The notes below the pieces were generated by a model. It had not been told where the DNA came from and ran no database searches. It saw nothing but the letters and a program-made list of their open reading frames with translations. The position numbers and the translations under genes are program-made. Of a stretch of DNA of 64,000 nt, positions 8,344 to 16,419 are shown in pieces. Each line of letters opens with the position of its first letter. Positions within the stretch are counted from its first letter, which is position 1. This stretch comes from Candidatus Omnitrophota bacterium (GTDB taxonomy: Bacteria; Omnitrophota; Gorgyraeia; 2-02-FULL-51-18): contig CAMDWQ010000011.1 in the NCBI GenBank assembly GCA_945877765.1, forward strand, positions 2,641 to 66,640, read 5' to 3'.

Positions 8344-9645
8344 TTACTTAATCTTTGTTACGACCGTAGTTTCTTTTTCTTTATCCTTGTGCAGGAGCGA
8401 TCTTAGCTTCTCCAGATCAAGACCGCTCTCGTCGAAAAATTGTTGGAGATTGGCCCCGCCTTCCGCATCAAGGTTTAAACCAAAAAATTTCTGCGCATTT
8501 GCTCCGCTCATGATCCATTTAATATCGGCTTTCTGAATCGATTCCGCCATCGCGTGAAACTTCGCCATCATCACTTCTTTATGGATGTCGAGCATTTTCA
8601 CATTTAACGCCGTTTCATTAAACTGTTTGAGCGCTTCGGCCAATTTTAAAGTACCAGCGGCTTCAGCCTCTTTTTTAATTTGGATGACATTCGCTTCCGC
8701 GCGGCCTACGGCTTCAATCTCGTTGGAATGACCTTCGGCTTCTACCGTCGATTTGATACGCTGTGCCAGCGCGTGCTGTTCAATTTTTTGTTTTTCAATT
8801 TCAGCGGTACCTACCTGGATTTTTCTGGCGGCTTCGACTTTTTGAATATTGGCCTCGGCTTCTTTGAGAGCGATTTGCTGATTCTTATTCTGCTCAGAAA
8901 TGCCAATCTGCTGATCTTTCTCGATCTGACGTTTGCGGTAAATTTCCTCGGCTTCGGCCTTGGCAATTTCCGCTTCCTTATTGGTAGTTGCCACACGAAT
9001 ATCCGCGTCACGCCTGATTTCAGCGGCCACCTTGCGCTCGATATCCGCAATGATGGTACTGCCCGCTGCATCCTTAATGTCTTTTAATTCCAGATCGACC
9101 AACTGAATTCCCCATTTAGGAAATACCATTTCAACCTCTTTGGTGATCGCTTCATCCAACAGCTGGCGATTCATATAAATATCCAAAATCGTTTGCTTGG
9201 TAACCACGGTACGTCCGATACTTTCCATTATCGCTCGCAAATCCTCGGAAAGGCGCATGAAATCAAAACCCATTTCTTTTTCGCTGTCAGAAAGCACCAA
9301 GCGCTCAGCCGCTAAATTTAAATCCTTGATATTGACAAAGCAAACGATATCGCAGACAAATTTGGCCATGTTCTTATCGTTGAGCTTGATGTCGTTAACA
9401 GGGATGGCAAGATTAGACAGCGGCAACCGATTTAATTTCGTAATAAAGGGAATAAACCAGTAAGCGCTCTTGCCCTCACGAATGGAAAAAATAGATTTTG
9501 TATTCCGCAATACGCGAATATGGGCTTCATTAACAGGAACGACCCGGTACAGGCCCACCATACCGCCAAGAATGTGCCGTAGAAAAAAAACCAATGTTAG
9601 AAATACTGCCACTATCACAACCATGGTGATGAAAAATAAATTCAT
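8344..9645 (-). CDS. SPFH/flotillin-family membrane protein
   Basis: N-terminal TM, band-7-like region (KWGIQLVDLELKDIKD), AEA-rich coiled coil; GGAGG RBS before MNLFF. Confidence 0.85.
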   Translation of the reverse strand: MNLFFITMVVIVAVFLTLVFFLRHILGGMVGLYRVVPVNEAHIRVLRNTKSIFSIREGKSAYWFIPFITKLNRLPLSNLAIPVNDIKLNDKNMAKFVCDIVCFVNIKDLNLAAERLVLSDSEKEMGFDFMRLSEDLRAIMESIGRTVVTKQTILDIYMNRQLLDEAITKEVEMVFPKWGIQLVDLELKDIKDAAGSTIIADIERKVAAEIRRDADIRVATTNKEAEIAKAEAEEIYRKRQIEKDQQIGISEQNKNQQIALKEAEANIQKVEAARKIQVGTAEIEKQKIEQHALAQRIKSTVEAEGHSNEIEAVGRAEANVIQIKKEAEAAGTLKLAEALKQFNETALNVKMLDIHKEVMMAKFHAMAESIQKADIKWIMSGANAQKFFGLNLDAEGGANLQQFFDESGLDLEKLRSLLHKDKEKETTVVTKIK

Positions 9646-9752
9646 GTGTTCCTCCAAAATATTAATAGTTCTTCGCTTCTTAAGACAACTGACTCCTGAC
9701 CTTGTCTCCGCCAATTTTTTAGCGGAAACCAACCTAATTATTCTTTAAAATT

Positions 9753-10082
9753 TTATAATTTTTCCACGACAACCGCGGTGCCATAACACAACACCTCGCT
9801 GACGCCCTGCATTAATTCCGTCGCATCATAACGCACGCCGATGATCGCGTTGGCACCAAGTTCTTCGGCATGGCGCGTCATCATATCAAATGCTTCAGTC
9901 CGCGTTTTCTCACACAAGTTGGTGAACAGTGAAATATTTCCACCCAGTATTGTCTGTAGTGAGCCGCCGATAGTCCCGAAGATGGAACGTGAACGTACGA
10001 CGATGCCGCGCACAATACCCAAATTTTTACTAATCGTGTAGCCTTCCAGTGTAAAAGCTGTTGTTGTCAATTCATGCTTCAT
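9753..10082 (-). CDS. YbjQ/UPF0145 family protein
   Basis: [28 protein letters not shown]. Confidence 0.9.
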   Translation of the reverse strand: MKHELTTTAFTLEGYTISKNLGIVRGIVVRSRSIFGTIGGSLQTILGGNISLFTNLCEKTRTEAFDMMTRHAEELGANAIIGVRYDATELMQGVSEVLCYGTAVVVEKL

Positions 10083-10131
10083 TTGTAAATTCTCCGTTTA
10101 AACCCAAATCGCGACCATCCTTCAAAAACCC

Positions 10132-10214
10132 TGGGCGAGGAGGGAGTCGAACCCTCATGGGCCGAAGCCCAACAGATTTTAAGTCTGTCGTGTATGCCAT
10201 TCCACCACTCGCCC
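10132..10214 (-). tRNA. tRNA-Leu(TAA)
   Basis: acaga-ctTAAaa-tctgt anticodon arm, long variable arm, gagggttcgactccctc T-arm. Confidence 0.96.
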
Positions 10215-10278
10215 AGACAATCTTTCTCTCCAAGCCGAGGAATGGCGCATAAAACAACGCTCTTTACCTTTTTACTCC

Positions 10279-10366
10279 CGGCGGGTGACGCGGAGGGTGG
10301 GCGCCCATTGACCCGCAGGGCGAAGCCCGAGGACGCAATGGGCTCCCGCAGCGGCAGGCCCTGCCG
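10279..10366. repeat. GC-rich nested-stem element 3' of tRNA-Cys (copy 2)
   Basis: Near-identical to 8160-8249. Confidence 0.8.
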
Positions 10367-10416
10367 CACACCTAAACACTCCAAACACCAAAGAACACAA
10401 CACCGCAAACATTCCG

Positions 10417-10487
10417 AGGCGCGAACCGGAGTCGCACCGGTCTACGAGGTTTTGCAGACCTCTGCCTAACTGCTCGGCCATCGCGCC
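10417..10487 (-). tRNA. tRNA-Cys(GCA)
   Basis: ggcgcga acceptor stem, gaggt-ctGCAaa-acctc anticodon arm, T-loop TGCGACT, U discriminator. Confidence 0.9.
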
Positions 10488-10601
10488 AGAGAATTACCTA
10501 CAAAATAGACCGCGCCGAACCCATTAAGTTAACAAAAACCACCTCGCCAGTCACGCAATTTATTATTGGGCTAACACAGTGGGCTAACACAGTATATAAA
10601 C

Positions 10602-11302
10602 ACCGGACTCAGTCCCAATCACCCAAAAGTACACAGTTAGAAAAGATTTTGTTTCTCCTGGGTGTCGCTTATGCGCTCATGGGTGACATAGAAGCGGTAA
10701 ACCGCTCTTCTCTCATCATCAGATATCCCTAGAATTGAATATACAGGCGACTCGGTGATGAGGTCATCCTTTTTTCCGTAGGCGATGTTCCTCCGGAGAG
10801 CCGACAAGCTTGGCTGTGAGCGGATTCCGCTCGACATAACGTCCGCATTCCAAGAGATACGCGTCGCTCTCAATGGGAAAGCTCGAATAGTTTCTCTTAA
10901 AGACCTGCTCGGACCATCGGTGGGTTTTGCAGTAATAGTACGCATACCGTCTCTGGACAAAATGAGCGAACTTGCCAAGCATCTCAAGATCCGGGGATTT
11001 TAAAACCAGATGGATGTGATTGGTCATAAGGCAGTAATGGTACGTCTGCACATCAAACCTATCTGCGTACTCTTTCACGAGAAGCAGATAAGCTCTATAG
11101 TCGTCATCCTTATGAAAGAGCTTCTTTTTGTTCACTCCTCGGGTGACAAAGTGGTAGACGCCTGATGCACTGGTCTTGCGTGGTTTTCTTGGCATGAAAG
11201 CCTCCCTTTATATAACTAGACGCCTTGGGAGGGGATTTTCGTTCAGACCTTTTTGCTATCGGCTAACTGCGCCCTTCTTGCGGGGTTTGGACTGAGTCCG
11301 GT
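10602..11302 (-). mobile_element. REP-associated tyrosine transposase (RAYT/Y1 HUH) locus with flanking inverted REP hairpins; CDS 11195-10637 frameshifted near the 3' end
   Basis: MPRKPR..YHFVTRG, YCLMTNHIHL (HUH), YVERNP; inverted repeat accggactcagtcc at 10602-10615 and 11289-11302. Confidence 0.85.
11214..11268 (-). promoter_or_regulatory. Conserved upstream motif GTTA.CCGATAG...ACGAAAA-N13-CGTC (copy A, before RAYT)
   Basis: Four copies in the window with identical N13 spacing. Confidence 0.65.
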
Positions 11303-11307
11303 ATTAA

Positions 11308-11433
11308 CATCACTTCCTGGATCTTGAAGAAGCCTGGAAAACGATCGAAGAATGGCGTATGAGCTATAATGACTTCAGGTCGCACAGTTCGCTAGACGGT
11401 ATGACGCCTGAGGCTTTTGCAGTGCAGTGGTAG
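11308..11433 (+). pseudogene. IS3-family transposase C-terminal remnant
   Basis: FLDLEEAWKTIEEWRMSYNDFRSHSSLDGMTPEAFA matches the IS3 integrase-core C-terminal pattern (YN..RPHSSL..TP). Confidence 0.75.
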
Positions 11434-11469
11434 GATAAAAACAACAACCAAAACACCGCTAAACTGTCT

Positions 11470-11793
11470 TTAAAACTTGTACGCTCCTTGTGCATTTTCT
11501 GACGGGGTTGAACTCAAGAAGCCGATAAGGATAAAAATCAATAGGGTCACAAGAATGACAACTCCTATAACGACTGCGACAACAGAAAGGTTACTTTTTT
11601 GCGATGCTTCCATCTTGCGCTCCTGCAGGCCGAAGTAAATTCCGCTGCCTGCAAGAATGAGAGAAATAAGCCAGCAAATAAGGGAAATATAACCCCCGAT
11701 TTCCGGCAACCCTGAAAGAAAAAGACCTACAATGAAAATCAGAAACCCATAGACCTCAAATTGAAAGGAGAGAGGGGCCTTTATTTGCATCAC
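11470..11793 (-). CDS. Hypothetical membrane protein
   Basis: Three hydrophobic segments, AGGAGG RBS. Confidence 0.6.
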   Translation of the reverse strand: MMQIKAPLSFQFEVYGFLIFIVGLFLSGLPEIGGYISLICWLISLILAGSGIYFGLQERKMEASQKSNLSVVAVVIGVVILVTLLIFILIGFLSSTPSENAQGAYKF

Positions 11794-11902
11794 AATCCTC
11801 CTTGGACCTTATCTGCTATTGCTTTGGCTAAATGAAATAATCGATTAATACTAGCACGGACAAGTGGTCGATGCAATTCTTAGTTGTATATAAACACCGC
11901 GG

Positions 11903-12520
11903 CTAACACCTCGGGCTAACACCTCGGGCTAACACCTCTGCCCTCTGAATCAAAAGTCGAGCTAGTTTTTTTTTAGAAATCTTTTTTAAAGGCTCTACAC
12001 AGCCGCAAACATCTACCAGAAAAGCATCTATCAGCTTATCTCCAAACGGCGTATTATTTTTCACAACCTTCTGCACTACAATAAGTCCCAACATTTTCCT
12101 ACGAAGTTTTTCATAGCCATTTTTTAATAGATTACCGGATTCCAGCGCAAATCCAATAAAAACCTGCCCCTTTTTCTTACTTTTTGATAATTCTTGTAAA
12201 ATGTCGGGGTTTTTAATCAAGCGCAGAGTCGACAATTTCTCTTTTTTTATTTTTTGTGAGGAAACCGCCACCGGCCGGGCATCGCAGACTGCCGCCGCCA
12301 TGATCAACACGTCATTTTTTGGTAAACGGCGCTTGAGCTCCCTCAAAAGATCCCGCGCTGTCTCGACTGTTTGAGGACATTCCACCCAATCCACTTGGTG
12401 ACGCCGAGCCTTGGCTGCTTCCACCAAATAACGCCCCATCGTGCCCGTTGAATAATTGGATAGGTACCGGACAGGATCGATAGGTTCCCGCGTGGGGCCC
12501 GAAACAATAAGAAACCGCAT
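11903..12520 (-). CDS. coaB: Phosphopantothenate--cysteine ligase (split CoaB)
   Basis: SGPTREPIDPVRYLSNYSTGTMG, MAAAVCD, KNPDIL, IGFALES. Confidence 0.9.
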   Translation of the reverse strand: MRFLIVSGPTREPIDPVRYLSNYSTGTMGRYLVEAAKARRHQVDWVECPQTVETARDLLRELKRRLPKNDVLIMAAAVCDARPVAVSSQKIKKEKLSTLRLIKNPDILQELSKSKKKGQVFIGFALESGNLLKNGYEKLRRKMLGLIVVQKVVKNNTPFGDKLIDAFLVDVCGCVEPLKKISKKKLARLLIQRAEVLARGVSPRC

Positions 12521-13074
12521 TAATTTTTTTTGGCCAGAGCGTCGTGGACTGCTTTTCGAATCGCCGCATTGTCAGCGATATGCCCCATCCCCTGGTCACT
12601 GCACACCAAGTGGCCTTCAATGGGCGGGACAAAAATCACACCGCGTTTTTTGAGTCGCTCGATATTTTCCTGCGTCGCCGGATGCGAATACATTTTATCA
12701 TTCATCGCTGGCACAATGATGACAGGCGCCTGAGTTGCCAACACCGTGCATGTCAGCACATCCCCCGCAAAACCGTAAGAAAGTTTGGCGATGACATCCG
12801 CTGTCGCCGGCGCGATTAAAATGACATCCGATTTTTTGGCAAGCTCGATGTGAATCGGTTTTTTTCTTCCCGCCACGGAGAAAAAATTTTCAATGACATC
12901 ATTGGCCGTAAAACTTTCAAGCACCAGTGGTGTCACAAAATGATGCGCGTCTTCCGTCATCACCGCCGTCACGGAATAATTTTCCGCTCTTAGCTCGGTG
13001 ATAAGATCACATACTTTATAAGCGGAGATGGAGGCGGTGACGCCTAGCAAAATATTTTTTGGATTAGTGTTCAT
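12520..13074 (-). CDS. coaC: Phosphopantothenoylcysteine decarboxylase (split CoaC)
   Basis: LLGVTASISAYK, HIELA, IAPATADVIAK, PAMN, GHLVCSDQGMG. Confidence 0.92.
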   Translation of the reverse strand: MNTNPKNILLGVTASISAYKVCDLITELRAENYSVTAVMTEDAHHFVTPLVLESFTANDVIENFFSVAGRKKPIHIELAKKSDVILIAPATADVIAKLSYGFAGDVLTCTVLATQAPVIIVPAMNDKMYSHPATQENIERLKKRGVIFVPPIEGHLVCSDQGMGHIADNAAIRKAVHDALAKKN

Positions 13075-13092
13075 TTAATTCCTCTTTGATTC

Positions 13093-13227
13093 AACGCCCC
13101 CTAGCCCCCTCTTTAGTAAAGAGGGGGGACCACGCTAACTATTCCCCCTCCCTCCTCATTATTTATTTAAAGAGGAGAAACCACACGCTCCCCCCTCTTT
13201 AATTCAAAGAGGGGGCTAGGGGGCGTT
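13093..13227. repeat. CCCCTCT/AGAGGGG-type palindromic MITE-like element
   Basis: aacgccccctagccccctcttt...aaagagggggctagggggcgtt terminal inverted repeats with internal hairpins. Confidence 0.8.
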
Positions 13228-13816
13228 AGATTTTCATTCTTTCCGCACGGATAATTCCACGCAGCGCTTCCGTAGCCACAGGAATCTGGCGATTAATAAT
13301 GCGATAGTCACAGAGCGCCAGCTCATTGAGTTCTTTTAATTCCTTCGTGGCTACTTTGTAGCGCACACTGATTTCCTTTTGAGTTTCCGTCCCGCGCTTG
13401 TAAAGCCGGCGGAGCAATTCTTCTTTAGAGGGTGGGGCTAAAAAAATAAATACAGCATCTGGTTTTGTTTTTTTGACTTTCTTGGCTCCCTGCACGTCAA
13501 TCAAAAGGAGCACATCCCGCCCCTGCCGCAAGTGGTCCTCAACTTCTTTTTTGGGCGTCCCATAAGTACGGCCAAACACATTGGCCCACTCAAGAAATCC
13601 ATTTTTTTTTATTTTTTTTAGAAATTCTTTTTTGGTGACGAAAAAATAATCTTGCCCATTTTTTTCATCGGGCCGCGGATGGCGTGTGGTATAGGAAACG
13701 GATTGCACAAGATTTTTGTCTTCTCTTAAAAGCTCGCGCGCAAGCGTCGTCTTGCCTGTACCGGACGATGCCGATATGACAAACAGCCTACCCGAACATT
13801 TCGAAGTTGTTTTCAT
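13226..13816 (-). CDS. gmk: Guanylate kinase
   Basis: SASSGTGKTT, SYTTRHPRPDE..GQDYFF, YGT, IDVQGA. Confidence 0.96.
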   Translation of the reverse strand: MKTTSKCSGRLFVISASSGTGKTTLARELLREDKNLVQSVSYTTRHPRPDEKNGQDYFFVTKKEFLKKIKKNGFLEWANVFGRTYGTPKKEVEDHLRQGRDVLLLIDVQGAKKVKKTKPDAVFIFLAPPSKEELLRRLYKRGTETQKEISVRYKVATKELKELNELALCDYRIINRQIPVATEALRGIIRAERMKI

Positions 13817-13838
13817 CGTGCCATATTTTTTGGTCGAA

Positions 13839-14342
13839 TCAAGACCAAATTTTTTTCTTAACGTTCTGCAGAGTTGTTTCTTTGGTGGGATAAAGATTAC
13901 TAAAAACAATTTCCTCCGGCTCAAACCAGAGTTTGATCTCACGTTCCGCGTCGGCAGGATTTCCAGAAGCGTGAATCACATTTTCATACACGCCCTTCGT
14001 CGTAATGCGCCCATAAGATCCGCGAATCGTGCTGGGATCGGCTTCTTCAGGATTGGTAGCGCCGCAAATTTTACGAATTTTTAAAATCGCGTCTTCCCCG
14101 TGATACAACAGCGCCATGACGCGCTTGGTGTGGTATTCCCCCATCAGATAACTGACGATTTCTTCAAAAAAAGGTTTTTCCTTCATGTCACGATAATGCT
14201 CTTCGGCAAGCGCGCGGCTGACTTCTTTGATTTTGCAACCGATGATGACAAGTTTTGTTTCGGATAGTTTGGTCAGGATGCCGCCAGTTAACGATTTTTG
14301 TAAACCATCTGGCTTGATAATCACGAGAGTCGGCTGATTCAT
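13839..14342 (-). CDS. ndk: Nucleoside diphosphate kinase
   Basis: TLVIIKPDG, GATNP..A.PSTIRG, NVIHAS. Confidence 0.96.
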   Translation of the reverse strand: MNQPTLVIIKPDGLQKSLTGGILTKLSETKLVIIGCKIKEVSRALAEEHYRDMKEKPFFEEIVSYLMGEYHTKRVMALLYHGEDAILKIRKICGATNPEEADPSTIRGSYGRITTKGVYENVIHASGNPADAEREIKLWFEPEEIVFSNLYPTKETTLQNVKKKIWS

Positions 14343-14419
14343 ATTATCCTAATTCTTTGCTGTGTATGAAGTTATAGGATCGATATTATGACAAAAAAAT
14401 AAAAATTCGTCAAGCGCCG

Positions 14420-15271
14420 TTAGTCTTTCTTCACCCCTAGGATTTTCAAGACACGGTCCAGATCATCTAAGGAATAATATTCAATTTCAATCTTACCGCG
14501 TTTTTTTCCATGGCGAATGCGCACTTTAGTGCCAAGCGAGCGCTCAAGACTTTCCTCGAGAGCTTTGATATCGCGATCTTTTGTTCGGATGGCGGAAATT
14601 TTGGTTTTCTGTCTTGGGTTGACCAACGATTCCACCTGGCGAACTGAAAGCCCCTGCTCCACAATCTTAAGACAAAAGCTAAGCTGTCGCGCCTCATCAC
14701 TCACAGGAATCAACGCCCTTGCATGCCCAAATGTAATCAGATTTTGTGACAAATAATCCTGCACTTTTTGTGGTAAGCTAAGCAATCTCAATAGGTTAGA
14801 TATAGAGCTCTTATCTTTGCCTACTTTCAAGGCAATGTTATCCTGTGAATAACCAAACTCCATCGCCAAGCGCTGATAGGCTTTGGCTTCCTCGATTGAA
14901 TTGAGCTCCTCGCGTTGGACATTTTCAATAATGGACAACTCCAAAAGATCCGCGTCAGAAACCCGTCTTACAATTGCCGGTATCTCATTTAATCCCAATG
15001 ACTTAACCGCTCTAAGACGGCGCTCTCCTGCGATCAATTCATACCGGTCTGTGCCCATCGCTCGCACCAAAATCGGCTGAATCACCCCTTTTTCTTTGAT
15101 GGAGTCCGCAAGCTCTTCAATTTTTTCTTCCGAAAAGTGAATGCGCGGCTGGAATTTACTGGCATAGACCTGTTCGGTCTTAAGAATCTGAACTTTTTCT
15201 TTGGCGCTTGTATCAGCTGCTACCGGAGAAATAAGAGCCTCTAAACCGCGTCCCAAAACTTTTCTATCCAT
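14420..15271 (-). CDS. parB: Chromosome partitioning protein ParB
   Basis: LGRGLEALI, QPR, GVIQPI, IAGERRLRA, ENVQRE. Confidence 0.97.
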   Translation of the reverse strand: MDRKVLGRGLEALISPVAADTSAKEKVQILKTEQVYASKFQPRIHFSEEKIEELADSIKEKGVIQPILVRAMGTDRYELIAGERRLRAVKSLGLNEIPAIVRRVSDADLLELSIIENVQREELNSIEEAKAYQRLAMEFGYSQDNIALKVGKDKSSISNLLRLLSLPQKVQDYLSQNLITFGHARALIPVSDEARQLSFCLKIVEQGLSVRQVESLVNPRQKTKISAIRTKDRDIKALEESLERSLGTKVRIRHGKKRGKIEIEYYSLDDLDRVLKILGVKKD

Positions 15272-15286
15272 GGCTCTCTCCTATAC

Positions 15287-16072
15287 CTATCTATTTGAAT
15301 TTAATAGAGTTGCGTTTGATAAAATAAATTCTTTGGTGAGCTCTTTGTACTTTTTTGCGCCTTCGGATTCTTTGTCGTAGAGAAAAATCGGCTTCCCAAA
15401 TCCAGGGGCTTCACTCAGCTTGATGCTCCGAGGAATTACCGCGTTGTAGACTTTATCGCCAAAATGTTTTTTGACCTCATTGATTACTTCTTGAGTGAGT
15501 TTTGTACGAAAATCTGCCATCGTCATCAAGATGCCTTCAATCTGGAGGTCTTCATTGAGGTTGTTCTTGATCATGGTGATGGTCTTAATCAGCTGACTGA
15601 CCCCTTCTAGCGCGTAATACTCACACTGGATGGGGACAATTACGGAATGAGACGCTGTAAGCGCATTGATCGTCAAAAGACCAAAAGATGGCGGGCAGTC
15701 AATAAAGACAAAATCAAAGGAGGCATCCAGGCGGCTTAGTATCCTCTTAAGCCTCCCCTCTCGCCCCATCTCGCTGACCAGCTCTACCTCGGCCCCGGAA
15801 AGATCCGCATTGGATGGCACCATATATAAATTGTCAACGCAAGAAGGGAGAATAATTTCTTCGATTTTTGTGTCTTCCAGAAGCGCATGATAAATCGATT
15901 TGGCGACAGAATTCTTATCGATACCTACACCGCTGGTCGCATTTCCCTGAGGGTCTAGATCGACCAAAAGACACTTTTTCCCCTCGAGAGCCAAGCAGGA
16001 AGCCAAAGAAACGGCCGTGCTAGTCTTCCCCACGCCGCCCTTTTGATTGCAAATAGAAATAATTTTTGGCAT
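15287..16072 (-). CDS. parA: Chromosome partitioning ATPase ParA/Soj
   Basis: NQKGGVGKT, DLDPQGNAT, IDCPP, QCEYYALEG. Confidence 0.97.
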   Translation of the reverse strand: MPKIISICNQKGGVGKTSTAVSLASCLALEGKKCLLVDLDPQGNATSGVGIDKNSVAKSIYHALLEDTKIEEIILPSCVDNLYMVPSNADLSGAEVELVSEMGREGRLKRILSRLDASFDFVFIDCPPSFGLLTINALTASHSVIVPIQCEYYALEGVSQLIKTITMIKNNLNEDLQIEGILMTMADFRTKLTQEVINEVKKHFGDKVYNAVIPRSIKLSEAPGFGKPIFLYDKESEGAKKYKELTKEFILSNATLLNSNR

Positions 16073-16120
16073 GCGTACAGTGTATTCAAAAGCTCGTTTA
16101 CTGTCAAACAATGTTTACTA

Positions 16121-16136
16121 GTTTCCACGTGGAAAC
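16121..16136. promoter_or_regulatory. parS site
   Basis: gtttccacgtggaaac palindrome matching the parS consensus, next to parA. Confidence 0.9.
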
Positions 16137-16213
16137 TACGTTTGAGGATGTGTATGTGCGAGGACCGGGCTTTTATTTTTTTGCGCGGCGGCCGAAACTA
16201 CATTTGGGCACTC

Positions 16214-16391
16214 GCGGGAATAGGCTTTTCTTTTTTTGCGTGCAGGTATGCGACGCTTATGCCGCTCTACAAAACCTTTTTTACTCAACCTGTTGAAGGA
16301 GTAACGAAAGTCCCAAGCCCAGTTGAAGCGGAGCGAAGGCATTCCAGTGAAATGCCGGCCGGAACGCAAAAAAAGAAAAGCCTGTTCCCGC
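16214..16391. repeat. Fold-back element with 28-bp inverted ends
   Basis: gcgggaataggcttttctttttttgcgt / acgcaaaaaaagaaaagcctgttcccgc (1 mismatch). Confidence 0.7.
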
Positions 16392-16403
16392 TAACACTAT
16401 AAT

Positions 16404-16419
16404 GTTTCCACGTGGAAAC
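16404..16419. promoter_or_regulatory. parS site
   Basis: Second gtttccacgtggaaac. Confidence 0.9.

Noticed and set aside
10061-10481. Short ORFs across the tRNA-Leu/Cys region
   Set aside because: They overlap tRNA genes and the structured repeat, so they are spurious.
10417-10487. tRNA-Cys as a pseudogene because of the TGCGACT T-loop
   Set aside because: All stems pair and the anticodon and discriminator are correct; treated as a functional variant.
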